Source: Pseudomonadales bacterium
Lineage (GTDB): Bacteria; Pseudomonadota; Gammaproteobacteria; Pseudomonadales; UBA7239
Length of the DNA stretch: 64,000 nt
NCBI GenBank assembly: GCA_028280345.1
Contig: JANQLY010000023.1
Location: forward strand, 196,201-260,200
Direction of reading: 5' to 3'
The first letter of the stretch is position 1; each line of letters opens with the position of its first letter. Under the pieces are notes generated by a model. The model saw nothing but the letters and a program-made list of their open reading frames with translations, ran no database searches and was not told the DNA's origin. Below are positions 54,324 through 64,000 of the stretch, piece by piece. Position numbers and translations under genes: made by a program.

Positions 54324-55136
54324 TTAGCTCCCTATATCAGCCTTAAACTGGCCACCTTTATAATCTCCATCCAGCGGCAGTGGTTCGGCTGGTGGCACGT
54401 AGGGAGGCTCTTCACCCTCTGCTTCATGGATAACAGCGACTGCATCCAGATCAAGACCCGCACTACCTACTGTTGGGTAAGGGTCATAAATAATATGGGG
54501 GCCACCAACAACAGCCGGATAGTCATCATAGGCAGAGCCATCACCGACTATATCGATAAGCTTCACATGTGTAATCGCACTAATATCCAGCCCAGGTGTT
54601 CCTGTCAGGACATTCAGATCAAAGGGCGTTCCCTCCCCTCCTTTATATTTACTTGCATAGCCCGTAATGTTGGTTGGATCAACAACCCCAAAACCGCCGA
54701 CCGGGCTGGCAGTAAAAGAAATATTCGGATAGCGTGTAAAATTGACACCATCGGAAGAAACCTCGACCCATGCAATCTCTAAAAAAGTATCACTGAACGA
54801 GTTCTCAAAAATCAGAAAGTCAGCACCGGGGCCATCTGTAATAGGCTTATTAAATGTCAAAGTAATTTGCCCGCCTCTACCAAGTGAAACAATATCGTAA
54901 GTAAAACCCTGGTTATTACCATCCGAGTTACCTGCCAGCCCCAATGCTTTTTGCGGTGTCTGCCAGGTAGCGTCTACATTAGTTCCCATATTGTAGTTTT
55001 CATAACCCGTTGCCCAAGCAACAATACTGCTATCATTCCAGGCCACAGCCGTCGAACCGGGCTGCCCCGCAGCTGGCGCATAGGGGCCCGCATAAAGTGA
55101 CTGAACGAAGACGCCCGAAAGCATACCAATCAGCAT
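54324..55136 (-). CDS. secreted hypothetical protein (beta-rich, Gly/Asp-rich)
   Basis: Start set at [16 protein letters not shown] (signal peptide). Sits downstream of the TonB-dependent receptor. No recognised family. The tracked ORF extends to 55319. Confidence 0.45.
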   Translation of the reverse strand: MLIGMLSGVFVQSLYAGPYAPAAGQPGSTAVAWNDSSIVAWATGYENYNMGTNVDATWQTPQKALGLAGNSDGNNQGFTYDIVSLGRGGQITLTFNKPITDGPGADFLIFENSFSDTFLEIAWVEVSSDGVNFTRYPNISFTASPVGGFGVVDPTNITGYASKYKGGEGTPFDLNVLTGTPGLDISAITHVKLIDIVGDGSAYDDYPAVVGGPHIIYDPYPTVGSAGLDLDAVAVIHEAEGEEPPYVPPAEPLPLDGDYKGGQFKADIGS

Positions 55137-55218
55137 GACACCCCAGCGCTTGCTTTTAATCCGGTTTTGCACTGTTTTCTGATAGTTCACAAAAGCCTCC
55201 TCATCGTTATAAGCAGGG

Positions 55219-57282
55219 TTAGTAATAAGAATATTTAATCCCTGCCATAAAGTTTCTTTCTGGCATCGGGTAAAACGTTCCACTGTAGCCTGAAGTTGAA
55301 TAAACCTCATCAAAAACATTCAGGACAGAGAGGAAGATTTCTACTTCATTTTCCTGCCATGACAGTTTTATATCTGTGACTCTATAGGCATCCAGTTTTG
55401 GATAAGTGCTGTTGTTAAAATCATTACCATCAAAACGCTCATCTGTATAACTGGTTGAAATAGCCCCATAAAAAGATGCCGTGGGCTGCCATTCAAGGCC
55501 TATGGTTGCATTAACCCGTGGCACCAGGGGAATAAAGGTTCCACTTTCGATAAAGGCAGCATTTATATATCCTGCTTTCACATAAGCGGATAGTGAATCC
55601 TCTAAAAAACCGTATTGAATATCCAGTTCAACACCATCGCGACGTGTTACCTGATCAGCATTTCGATTAACAGCCAGCCTTGTTACCGGGTCAATCCCGT
55701 AAAGAATTTCATCTTCAATTTTTATAGTAAAAAGCGTCACACTACCATCAAGGTCTCCATGCTCAAATCGCACACCTATATCCCAGTGCTTGCCGGTTTG
55801 CGGCGCGAGGTCTTCATCAGACAACACCAACTCATCAACATTTGGGTTTCGGAAACTTGTGGCGTATCCAACAAAGCCATCTATATTTTCACTAATTTGA
55901 TAAACAGCCCCAACTTCAAATGCCGTGTTATTCCAGGTTTCATCTCGGTGAGCAGTATTGAGCCACTCACTTCTACAATTAGTTTCCACCGGGATCGGGA
56001 ACAGAAAAGGCGGGATGATCATATCAACATAATCACATACCCTCGTCAGATTCTCTTCGTCCTGCTCCAACTCGGATTTATCAAAACGCCCCCCTGTACT
56101 AATACGCCAACCTTCACCGTTGAGCGCCCAATCTGCGAAAAATGCCTGATTGGATAAATCACCTTTTTTTTCCTGGCTTTGATCCAGAACATTCCGACCA
56201 TTACGATATTGCTGGTAGTCTGTGATAAATGCTTCAAATCCATAGCTGAACTCACTCTCAAACTCACCTAGCGAGTCATAACGACTGAGAATCAAATCAC
56301 CGCCGTAACGTCGGTCTTCAATCGATAGAATCTGATCCTCTACAGGAGCTGTTGGCGTATACTGAAGCAATGTGTCACTAAAGCGTTCCCGATAATACAA
56401 ATGACTATCAACAAGCCAGCCAGATGGCGAGGTGTAATCTGAGTGCCATTGAATTAAACGCTCCTTGCTTTCACCACCGTCTTGCGGTGCAGTCGTCGAT
56501 TTTCGTTGAGCACCGGAACCTTCGTAATTCTCACGACTGACTGGACCGGGCAAGCCAAATTCATCACGGTGATTTTTAAACATCAGTCCATGTTCAAACT
56601 GATCATTGATTTGATGCTTTATACTAAACAGAACGTCCTGTTTGGATAGATATCCATTATCTCTGTAACCATCGGTGTCATAGTCAGCAAGATTGACTTT
56701 GAAAGTCAGATTATCATTATCTGTATTGACGTAATTAAAACGCAGATCATGGGTATCGAATGATCCCGCCGCCGCATAAACATCCAATGCCGCCTGATTG
56801 CTTTTGGTAATAATATTGACCACGCCACCCACAGCACCATTACCATAGCGCACTGTTCCTCCACTACGAACCACTTCAATACGCTCTATTTGAGAGATTG
56901 AAATAGTCGATAGATCAGGACCGGACAGGTCGTCGTTATTCAAACGTACGCCATCAACGAGCACAAGCACATTACTACTACTGGTATCACCCATACCACG
57001 AATGTCGATGCTGCTATATTTATCATTTCCTGTAAACGAGCGCAGATTGATATTAGCTTCCTGAGATAGCAGCTCTGACAACTGGGTAGCCGTTGAGCGC
57101 GCAATATCATCCGAGTCGATAACTGTAACATTTTTTGGGATCTGGCTTTCCGGGGTCTGACGCACACCAGTGACAACAATCGTATCCAACTCAGTCACTT
57201 CATTTTCAGCGAAACTGTTTGTGCTTGTCAGTAGCATTGCCATCATTCCACCAAAAATTAATTTACAGCTATAAATTTGCAC
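55219..57282 (-). CDS. TonB-dependent outer-membrane receptor
   Basis: Signal peptide. TonB-box-like DTIVVTG. Plug plus 22-strand barrel. C-terminal aromatic residue. 687 aa. Confidence 0.8.
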   Translation of the reverse strand: MQIYSCKLIFGGMMAMLLTSTNSFAENEVTELDTIVVTGVRQTPESQIPKNVTVIDSDDIARSTATQLSELLSQEANINLRSFTGNDKYSSIDIRGMGDTSSSNVLVLVDGVRLNNDDLSGPDLSTISISQIERIEVVRSGGTVRYGNGAVGGVVNIITKSNQAALDVYAAAGSFDTHDLRFNYVNTDNDNLTFKVNLADYDTDGYRDNGYLSKQDVLFSIKHQINDQFEHGLMFKNHRDEFGLPGPVSRENYEGSGAQRKSTTAPQDGGESKERLIQWHSDYTSPSGWLVDSHLYYRERFSDTLLQYTPTAPVEDQILSIEDRRYGGDLILSRYDSLGEFESEFSYGFEAFITDYQQYRNGRNVLDQSQEKKGDLSNQAFFADWALNGEGWRISTGGRFDKSELEQDEENLTRVCDYVDMIIPPFLFPIPVETNCRSEWLNTAHRDETWNNTAFEVGAVYQISENIDGFVGYATSFRNPNVDELVLSDEDLAPQTGKHWDIGVRFEHGDLDGSVTLFTIKIEDEILYGIDPVTRLAVNRNADQVTRRDGVELDIQYGFLEDSLSAYVKAGYINAAFIESGTFIPLVPRVNATIGLEWQPTASFYGAISTSYTDERFDGNDFNNSTYPKLDAYRVTDIKLSWQENEVEIFLSVLNVFDEVYSTSGYSGTFYPMPERNFMAGIKYSYY

Positions 57283-57385
57283 ACCCGGGACTTAAACCAA
57301 ATTAACTTTATAAAACTGAAACGCTCGCATTCTCGCGTTAATGCAAAACGGCAAGATCGCCGATAACTAGCGCTTTTCCCGACTG

Positions 57386-57419
57386 CCCGCAATACCTGGC
57401 ACTAGCCAGGTATTGCGGG
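57386..57419. other. 15-bp-arm perfect hairpin between the beta-propeller gene and the TonB receptor gene
   Basis: cccgcaatacctggc acta gccaggtattgcggg, with no adjacent U-tract. Confidence 0.4.
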
Positions 57420-57429
57420 TATCAGATAA

Positions 57430-59604
57430 TTACTGATTACTCAGGATCAGTTGACCAGTGTTAATCCCTAACCATTTCGCGCCACCAACTTTAGAGCCAT
57501 TCTGCAGCTCAATCAGCGCCACGTTACCAGAACCGTCCTGCAAAGCGATATCCACATCACCATCGGCATCCGCATCAAGTACATTTTTCACATCGTAGGC
57601 AATGGTAGTGAGCCAGCGAGCGGTGACCTTGATTCCGTTCTCGATTTCAACCACCTGCACAGAACCGGTACCACTGTTTTGTTGGATCAGATCGGCATCA
57701 CCGTCGTTATCAATATCACCGACGGCCAGTACCGCAGTACCCGCCCAGGCACCGAGCCAACGACCCGTGACTTTAACACCGTTCTCAAGCTCAACCACCA
57801 TTACATCACTACCGCTGGCGCCAGCCATGAAGATGTCGTCATCACCGTCGGCATCCGCATCACCGGCTCCGACTACAGTACGGCCACTCCAGACACCGAG
57901 CCAACGGGCAGCGACTTTAGCGCCATTTTCCATTTCAATGACATTGACATTGCCGGAGGCATCCTGGGTCACGATATCGTCATCACCGTCACGGTCGATA
58001 TCCGCTGTCGCAGCTACTGTGTGACCGGCCCATTGTCCAAGCCAGGCGGCAGACTGCTTCGCACCGCTTTCCATAATCCAGACAATAACATTGCCCGAAC
58101 CATCACCGAATACCAGGTCGGCATCACCGTCACCATCAAGGTCACCAGTAAAGCTCAACGTGTAACCACTTTGAGCACCGAGAGAAACTACCGACTCCCG
58201 TGCACCGTATTGCATTACCCAGAGGATAACCTCACCAGTACCGGCATTCTGGAACAGCAGATCTGAGTCGCCGTCATTGTCTACATCCGCATTGCCGAGC
58301 AGACTCGCAGTGCTGTTGGTACCGAGCCATACCGCGCTATCTTTATTCGCATCCTGCATGGTCCACAGCACAACGGAGCCAGAGCCATCCTGGAACAGCA
58401 TATCGCCATCGCCATCCGCATCAACGTCATTGGGCACATCCAGGTCACTGACCGTCGGATCTGTACCAAGAACGTATTCCTCGAGGTTGGTGACACCGTC
58501 ACCATCCTGGTCATCCCCGCTATCGTCAACCAACGGATTAAGGCCATAGTTGTTCTCCCAGCTATCGGGCATACCGTCGTTATCATCGTCGGTATCTACT
58601 GTGTCAGGGTAACGATCCCCATCAGTATTCACACCCGGAATAACTTGATAAATACCATCCTGGTCAGAAAAATAGGTTTGCCCTTGATATAAGCGTACCG
58701 ATGTCATGCGATTAGAGGATTGCGCGGTAATTTCAGCCGTACCCAGATAATCGCCGCTATCATCCATATAAAAAGTCACCAGGTCCGAAGGCGCACCAAA
58801 AGAAGTCAGAGTCACCACCAGGTGGCCATTACTATCAAACTCCATGCCGGTAGCACCCGCGTGACCAAAGCTATTGAAATCAATAATCTCATGACCTGCC
58901 GGGTCTGTCAGCGGCGTACCCGCAATGGCCAATGCGACTTCAGCAGCAGAGTATTTGTGAATTTTTCCAGCACTGTAACCGGAGGCATAATACAGATTAC
59001 CTGCTGCATCAAAAGCAATAGGGCCGGAAGGACTGCCCATAAAGCCCAGGTCAACTAAAGGCCCGGTTAAATCACCATTACCATCCAATGCAGAGTAATA
59101 CAATTTGGCATCCCAATTAACATCTGCTCCGGCAATAAACAAACCATTATTATGAATCGTATATCCCCAGGCATTACTTTGCTGAAACACCTGTGTAGCC
59201 GCACCACCCCCAATGGAGTCATATTTAAACAAGGCGGTGAGACTACCATCGTCAAAATAAATGTTATCCCCATCACTCAAAACCCATGTACCCGAGTAGG
59301 AAGCTGCCGTATAGATAGCACTGAGCGTATTACCATCAAACTTATGGACTTTTAAATCCTGGGCAAAATTGTTATCCCCTTCCATCCAATATAAGTCACC
59401 GCCACTACTCCAGTTAAAACTGGCAACGTTTTTACCAACAAAAGGGTTTTGGTAATAGGTTAATACATTACCGCTCGTGATAGCGGCCAGTGAATTACTA
59501 GCCATCAGAGAAAGAAACAAAAAGCAGAATATTTTGTTTGACCAAAATTGCTTGAGTGAAGTTTGCTTACTATCGTTTGTAGATAGAAAAATCATTGAAG
59601 CCAT
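57430..59604 (-). CDS. secreted protein with N-terminal beta-rich domain, TSP3-like Ca-binding repeat and 8 FG-GAP repeats (beta-propeller)
   Basis: Signal peptide (KIFCFLFLSLMASNSLAA). DTDDDNDGMPDSWE...DQDGDGVTN TSP3-like motifs. Eight DxDxDGDxD + VLW/VIW FG-GAP units. Start set at ATG 59604; the tracked ORF starts at TTG 59652. Confidence 0.6.
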   Translation of the reverse strand: MASMIFLSTNDSKQTSLKQFWSNKIFCFLFLSLMASNSLAAITSGNVLTYYQNPFVGKNVASFNWSSGGDLYWMEGDNNFAQDLKVHKFDGNTLSAIYTAASYSGTWVLSDGDNIYFDDGSLTALFKYDSIGGGAATQVFQQSNAWGYTIHNNGLFIAGADVNWDAKLYYSALDGNGDLTGPLVDLGFMGSPSGPIAFDAAGNLYYASGYSAGKIHKYSAAEVALAIAGTPLTDPAGHEIIDFNSFGHAGATGMEFDSNGHLVVTLTSFGAPSDLVTFYMDDSGDYLGTAEITAQSSNRMTSVRLYQGQTYFSDQDGIYQVIPGVNTDGDRYPDTVDTDDDNDGMPDSWENNYGLNPLVDDSGDDQDGDGVTNLEEYVLGTDPTVSDLDVPNDVDADGDGDMLFQDGSGSVVLWTMQDANKDSAVWLGTNSTASLLGNADVDNDGDSDLLFQNAGTGEVILWVMQYGARESVVSLGAQSGYTLSFTGDLDGDGDADLVFGDGSGNVIVWIMESGAKQSAAWLGQWAGHTVAATADIDRDGDDDIVTQDASGNVNVIEMENGAKVAARWLGVWSGRTVVGAGDADADGDDDIFMAGASGSDVMVVELENGVKVTGRWLGAWAGTAVLAVGDIDNDGDADLIQQNSGTGSVQVVEIENGIKVTARWLTTIAYDVKNVLDADADGDVDIALQDGSGNVALIELQNGSKVGGAKWLGINTGQLILSNQ

Positions 59605-59734
59605 GATATCCCCTTGCGCCCACCGCGCTGTGTTTAACTCAGGCAGGAGCAAAGAAATAGGGCTTCAGGAAAAGCGGTAAAAAAACCACCGAAGACCTGC
59701 ACTTTGCGTTACCCACCGTAACTCGTTGCATATG

Positions 59735-59870
59735 TCATTAAAGGCCGGTCTCCGGACTTATGAGCTGCAAAAACTCGCAGGTTTCTCACTTACCGTTGCG
59801 GGGGCAGTGCTGGATTCTCACCAGCTTCCCGTTTCACTGGATAACTCCAGCACCTTTAAGGCGCGCAAAG
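59735..59870 (-). promoter_or_regulatory. cobalamin (B12) riboswitch
   Basis: Minus-strand RNA reads ...CUUAAAGGUGCUGG...GGGAAGCUGGUGAGAAUCCAGCACUGCCCCCGCAACGGUAAGUG...AAGUCCGGAGACCGGCC(UUUAA). This matches the conserved GGGAA/GGUG/AAUCC/CCCGC core and the B12 box, with P1 closure. It lies ~85 nt upstream of the beta-propeller gene. Confidence 0.7.
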
Positions 59871-60171
59871 ATACCACACTTCCATACAAATTCGCCAGGT
59901 AGATACCGTGAAGTTGGCCCGGATTACTAGAAAAGAGAATTTCTTTTTTAATATCAATAGCTTAAGGAGGTGTTTTTTTAAGCTCCCGCCACCATTGCTG
60001 CCAGCACAGGGGTCTCCATCTACTCTCAAATCAGATTTTTTTGCAGTAAACGGCACTTATCACATCCCGCCGCCACCCTGAAAACGGGTATTTCCAACAG
60101 GACACAGGGTTAAGGCTCGGCTCGTTATACCCAAAATAATCCCTGTCACAAACCTAAATACGCAAAATATT

Positions 60172-61089
60172 TTGCAGCGAATCTCGGATTTTAATCCACA
60201 AAAAGCTGAGGCTATTCAAGTCATCGTCGCCGGGGAAGTCATTCCAGACATGCATACCACTCCTCCTGATCAATCATTCTCTATTTTTTGGAACAGAGAA
60301 CGAGAAACCAGGATGCACGTTTACGCGGTCTATGAAAGAATACGCAGGCATAGAGTTACAAATTTATCTACATCCAAAATGATTTCTTTTCCTGAATTAA
60401 ACATGTCTTTAGAGGCATGCGAAACTTTTACCCGTTTATCCTTTGATCGGCCTGTCAACGTCTTAAGCTCTGCGGTATTAAATGGCGGTTTCACTAAAGC
60501 CTCTCAAATTATAAACCTGAAGGTAGATAAACACGGCAGCAGCAACGAAGCACCGCAGATTAGTTTGCAGAAATTCTGTGATCAGCAATGTTGGCCCGGC
60601 ACTGCTGTCGGCATGATGACAGCAGCCTCAATGAAGTCTTTGCGCCATTCATTTTTATCAGAGCAAAATATTGCATTGGCCACATTCGTAACGGCAGGAC
60701 TTAGTAATTTGCGTCGCATTGGTGACAAAGCGGATCAGCAGACAATAAGTGTAGAAGAAGAAATAGAAGCAGGCACAATTAACATTATTCTGGCAACTAA
60801 TGCGGACTTAAATACGGCCGCAATGGCGGAGGCGTTAATGATGGTGACCGAAGCCAAAACAGCCGTTATGCAGCAAATGAATCTGCCGAGTCCGATATCC
60901 GGCGCTGTGGCAAGCGGTACCGGAACAGATTCAGTGGCTATTGTCAGCACAGCACAGGCACTCCCATTGCAATACTGCGGTAAACATGTGCGCTTTGGTG
61001 AGCTGATCGGTAAACAAGTGATTGAGAATGTCAGCGCTGCAGTTGAGGCCTGCTTGCAAAGTGAAAAAGATACAGCCGCTCAGGGGTGA
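60172..61089 (+). CDS. cbiZ: adenosylcobinamide amidohydrolase CbiZ family
   Basis: CbiZ-like core (VNVLSSAVLNGG...GTGTDSVAIV). True start may be downstream (MISFPEL, ~60379). Confidence 0.6.
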   Translation: MQRISDFNPQKAEAIQVIVAGEVIPDMHTTPPDQSFSIFWNRERETRMHVYAVYERIRRHRVTNLSTSKMISFPELNMSLEACETFTRLSFDRPVNVLSSAVLNGGFTKASQIINLKVDKHGSSNEAPQISLQKFCDQQCWPGTAVGMMTAASMKSLRHSFLSEQNIALATFVTAGLSNLRRIGDKADQQTISVEEEIEAGTINIILATNADLNTAAMAEALMMVTEAKTAVMQQMNLPSPISGAVASGTGTDSVAIVSTAQALPLQYCGKHVRFGELIGKQVIENVSAAVEACLQSEKDTAAQG

Positions 61090-61865
61090 GAATCCTTTAT
61101 ACGATACATCGGAGTTACGCTGACACCTTCGCCTTCACAGTTAACCAGACTCTTAACACCGTAAACCTGAGCAATATTTTCGTCACTGAGCACTTCCACA
61201 GGTGTTCCCTGAGAAAAGACTTCGCCATGATTTAACAGGTAAAGCTTGTCGCAAAAGCGTGCTGCGAGGCTCAAGTCATGTAATACCACTACCCCGGCCC
61301 GCGTATCTGTTGCGTGGTTTCGCAGCAATTCCATAACGTGTAGCTGATGATAGGGATCCAATGCAGCAACCGGTTCATCAGCAAAAATAATTTGTGGCTC
61401 TGTGGCAAAAATTCGCGCCAACATAACCAGGGTTTGCTCACCGCCGGATAGCGTGGTGACTACGCGATTTCGATAGGCCTTTGTTTCAGTTAATGCCAGT
61501 GCAGCCTCAACTTTTTCCTTATCTTGCTCACCCATAGACTGCCACCACTGCTGGTGGGGTAAGCGACCCAGCTCTACAACTTTTTCTACGGAGAATGGCC
61601 AGTGCGCCCTGGCACCCTGCACAAGATAGGCAAGAGTTTTTGCTCTCTCACCAGGGCTTATTTCCCGAAGAGTCTTGCCGTTGTAAAAAATATCGCCCCT
61701 ATCTGCCTTCAATACACCGGTTATCAACCGTAATAAAGTACTTTTTCCCGCACCATTTGGGCCAATTAGGCCCACCAGTTCCCCCGCGGCCACCTCAATA
61801 TTGAGGTTCTTTAACAAAGGAATGCTGTCAATACTGTAATCAAGTGAATGGGCTTTTAACAACAT
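61080..61865 (-). CDS. btuD: ABC transporter ATP-binding protein (BtuD/FecE family)
   Basis: Walker A GPNGAGKST. LSGGE signature. Walker B IFADEP. 261 aa. Confidence 0.8.
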   Translation of the reverse strand: MLLKAHSLDYSIDSIPLLKNLNIEVAAGELVGLIGPNGAGKSTLLRLITGVLKADRGDIFYNGKTLREISPGERAKTLAYLVQGARAHWPFSVEKVVELGRLPHQQWWQSMGEQDKEKVEAALALTETKAYRNRVVTTLSGGEQTLVMLARIFATEPQIIFADEPVAALDPYHQLHVMELLRNHATDTRAGVVVLHDLSLAARFCDKLYLLNHGEVFSQGTPVEVLSDENIAQVYGVKSLVNCEGEGVSVTPMYRIKDSHP

Positions 61866-61871
61866 AGCAGT

Positions 61872-62882
61872 TTAGACCAGCGTGTTTCGGTTTTTCAAAA
61901 TCAAGTAAAGAAAGAAAGGCCCACCCACGAGAGCAGTAATCACACCCAGCTTTATTTCTCCGCTAGTAGATATTAACTGCACACCGAGATCGGCGATCAA
62001 TAGTAGACAGGCACCGCCAAGAGCACTGCTTAATAATAATTTTCTCGGCTCGTAGGCTACCAACGGGCGTAGCAAGTGGGGAATAACCAGACCAATAAAG
62101 CCAATATTACCGGATACGGAAACTGCAGCCCCAACGCTGGTAGCAACTCCAAGCACCAATATCCAGCGTAAACGTTTAACGGCAAAACCCATTGAGATAG
62201 CTGTCTCTTCCCCCAGTGTCAGTGCATTGAGAAATCGACCACAGTAGAGAATCATTATCCAACCTGGCAACATAAACGGCAGAGCAATTGCAACATCATT
62301 CATGCTGCGATTTGACACAGAGCCTAATAGCCAGAAAATAATTTCCTGCATGGCGTAGGGATTGGGTGCGAAGTTCAATGCCAGTGCGATCAGAGCACCA
62401 CCAATGGCGTTAATAGCAATACCCGCAAGGATCAGTGTTACGGTAGAACTGTTATTGCCTGTTAATAGAAAAATAATAATGACCGAAGCAAAAGCGCCAA
62501 TTAAACCGCCCAATGGCAAGGCAAACCAGGCCAGACCGGAAAACCCGAAATAAAATACAATAACAGCACCGAGGGCGGCACCGTTTGAAACTCCGATAAT
62601 ACCCGGTTCCGCCAACGGGTTCTTTAACAAACCCTGCAATGCTGCACCTGCTATGCCAAGGGTGGCGCCGATAAATAAAGCCAATAGTGCTCGAGGCAAT
62701 CGGATATCAAACAAAATCAATGCATCAATACTATTCTGATCATTAAGGAAATCCGCAAAGGCTTTATGTAGTGAAATATCGACAGAGCCAATATTCAGAG
62801 ACATGACAAAGACGAACAGTAGCAACCCCGCTAACAGAGGTAATAACATTACTGAAGCAAAGTTGAGAGGTTTCATATTCAA
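61872..62882 (-). CDS. btuC: FecCD-family ABC permease (BtuC-like)
   Basis: 336 aa with ~10 TM helices. FecCD family. Confidence 0.8.
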   Translation of the reverse strand: MNMKPLNFASVMLLPLLAGLLLFVFVMSLNIGSVDISLHKAFADFLNDQNSIDALILFDIRLPRALLALFIGATLGIAGAALQGLLKNPLAEPGIIGVSNGAALGAVIVFYFGFSGLAWFALPLGGLIGAFASVIIIFLLTGNNSSTVTLILAGIAINAIGGALIALALNFAPNPYAMQEIIFWLLGSVSNRSMNDVAIALPFMLPGWIMILYCGRFLNALTLGEETAISMGFAVKRLRWILVLGVATSVGAAVSVSGNIGFIGLVIPHLLRPLVAYEPRKLLLSSALGGACLLLIADLGVQLISTSGEIKLGVITALVGGPFFLYLILKNRNTLV

Positions 62883-63703
62883 CGCTTGTCCGCCAGATAA
62901 GCTACTACTTCAGCAGTAGCAGGCCCCGCACATGCGCGCAGCCGCGAAGGAACAAACAGGCGCTTGTTATCCGGTACCATATGTTCTAATACCGGGTGGC
63001 GAATATAAGCACTGGCCAGTGAATTTGAATTGTATACGTGATTATCAATTTGCAAAAAGTCCGGCTTGCTGGCAATTAATATCTCCAGAGAAATTTGCTG
63101 AAACCCGGAAATACCGGATTCGGCAGATAAGTTACGGAAACCGGCATGGTTCAATACATCGTTTTCCAGAGTATCTGCACCAATTGTGTAGCCGTTTGGT
63201 GAGTAGATCACAATGGATTGCATAGCTTTATGGGCATTACGCCGTTGCGCTTCGGCAATGGTAGCATCCATCTCGCGTATCAGGATTTCAGCTTTTTGTT
63301 CCGCACCAACCAGTTTTCCAAAGCTTCTCAGATGACTGCGGATTTCATCGATAGAGCGAGGCAGATCAACCAACTCAACGCGATAATCCAGAAGTTTTAG
63401 CATCCTGACCGTATCGTATGCGGCAAATGCACTACCCACGACCAAATCCGGCTTAAAAGCAATAACCTCTTCAACCATAATATGATTGATTGGGATATCA
63501 CCAACATGCTCTGCCATATAAGACATTTGCCGATCTGTTGATGTGTGAGTTAATGAAGCAATGCGTTCTCTTTCCACCATCATCAGCAGCAGTTGGTCGG
63601 TACAAAGCCCCAAAGAAACAATGCGCTGCGGCACCTGCGCATTCGTTAAAGCGGATGCGAAGACGAGCAAGATAAGCAATAAAAAAGGCATGACAGACTT
63701 CAT
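62879..63703 (-). CDS. btuF: periplasmic cobalamin/siderophore-type substrate-binding protein (BtuF-like)
   Basis: Signal peptide. Class III PBP fold (RIVSLGLCTDQLLLMM). Forms an operon with btuC/btuD. 274 aa. Confidence 0.7.
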   Translation of the reverse strand: MKSVMPFLLLILLVFASALTNAQVPQRIVSLGLCTDQLLLMMVERERIASLTHTSTDRQMSYMAEHVGDIPINHIMVEEVIAFKPDLVVGSAFAAYDTVRMLKLLDYRVELVDLPRSIDEIRSHLRSFGKLVGAEQKAEILIREMDATIAEAQRRNAHKAMQSIVIYSPNGYTIGADTLENDVLNHAGFRNLSAESGISGFQQISLEILIASKPDFLQIDNHVYNSNSLASAYIRHPVLEHMVPDNKRLFVPSRLRACAGPATAEVVAYLADKR

Positions 63704-63906
63704 AGGCCGGTATTATGCCTGAAAAGTCTCAACGCATAACGATTGACAGCAAAAATATATACTGCCAGACATGGCGCACTGCTTGAGACCCAGACTTGTT
63801 CTGAAGAGCATCAGTAGATAAACTTCCCTGACAAACATGCCCTTCGCCAGTCACTTTTCAGGGCAAACTATATAAATAATGACTAATAAACCATGATTAA
63901 CAAACT

Positions 63907-64000
63907 ATGACCAACGACATCGAAAACCCCTACAAAGCCCCTGATAGCAACCTGCTACCAGAAAATGACAGCCTGCTAAAAAGAAAGAAGGGATATATTA
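63907..64000 (+). CDS. 5' end of an ORF running off the window (unknown function)
   Basis: ATG at 63907, open to the window end (MTNDIENPYKAPDSNLL...). Confidence 0.2.
   Translation, partial: MTNDIENPYKAPDSNLLPENDSLLKRKKGYI

Noticed and set aside
59870-60400. Possible second B12 riboswitch on the plus strand upstream of cbiZ
   Set aside because: It contains GC-rich segments (gccaccattgctgccagcacagggg). However, I could not find the GGGAA...GGUG...AAUCC core or the AGYCMGGAGACCKGCC B12 box in either orientation.
1-64000. CRISPR arrays, rRNA operons, IS elements/integrases
   Set aside because: I scanned for regularly spaced direct repeats and for transposase/integrase-like ORFs. None were found. 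The only tandem repeats are the tRNA-derived units and intragenic coding repeats.

Overview
This 64-kb window is from a gammaproteobacterial chromosome, with a Pseudomonadales/Cellvibrionales-like gene order, at roughly 50% GC. Most of it is conserved housekeeping synteny, mainly on the minus strand: metZ-purF-cvpA-dedD-folC-accD-trpA-trpB-trpF-truA-fimV-asd-leuB. There is also a MoxR/DUF58/TgpA (transglutaminase) operon, an MMPL-family transporter cluster, cmoA-cmoB, pntAA/pntAB/pntB, topB, a cytochrome P450 with a LysR regulator, and a tRNA-Arg(ACG) gene flanked by degenerate tRNA-derived repeats. Two accessory regions stand out. The first (39.7-43.0 kb) is a small AT-richer island carrying an EcoRII-family Type II restriction-modification system: vsr, a Dcm-like C5-methyltransferase, and an R.EcoRII-like endonuclease, inserted between a luciferase-like oxidoreductase and pntA. 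The second (53.5-63.7 kb) is a corrinoid-acquisition locus. A cobalamin riboswitch on the minus strand sits directly upstream of a 740-aa secreted protein with FG-GAP and TSP3-like Ca-binding repeats (probably a beta-propeller). That gene is followed by a TonB-dependent receptor and a 331-aa secreted hypothetical protein. Next to this unit are cbiZ and a convergent btuF-btuC-btuD ABC importer. The riboswitch-controlled beta-propeller/TonB-receptor/hypothetical trio is the best candidate here for an undescribed extracellular B12-capture system. No CRISPR array, rRNA or obvious transposase/integrase was seen.
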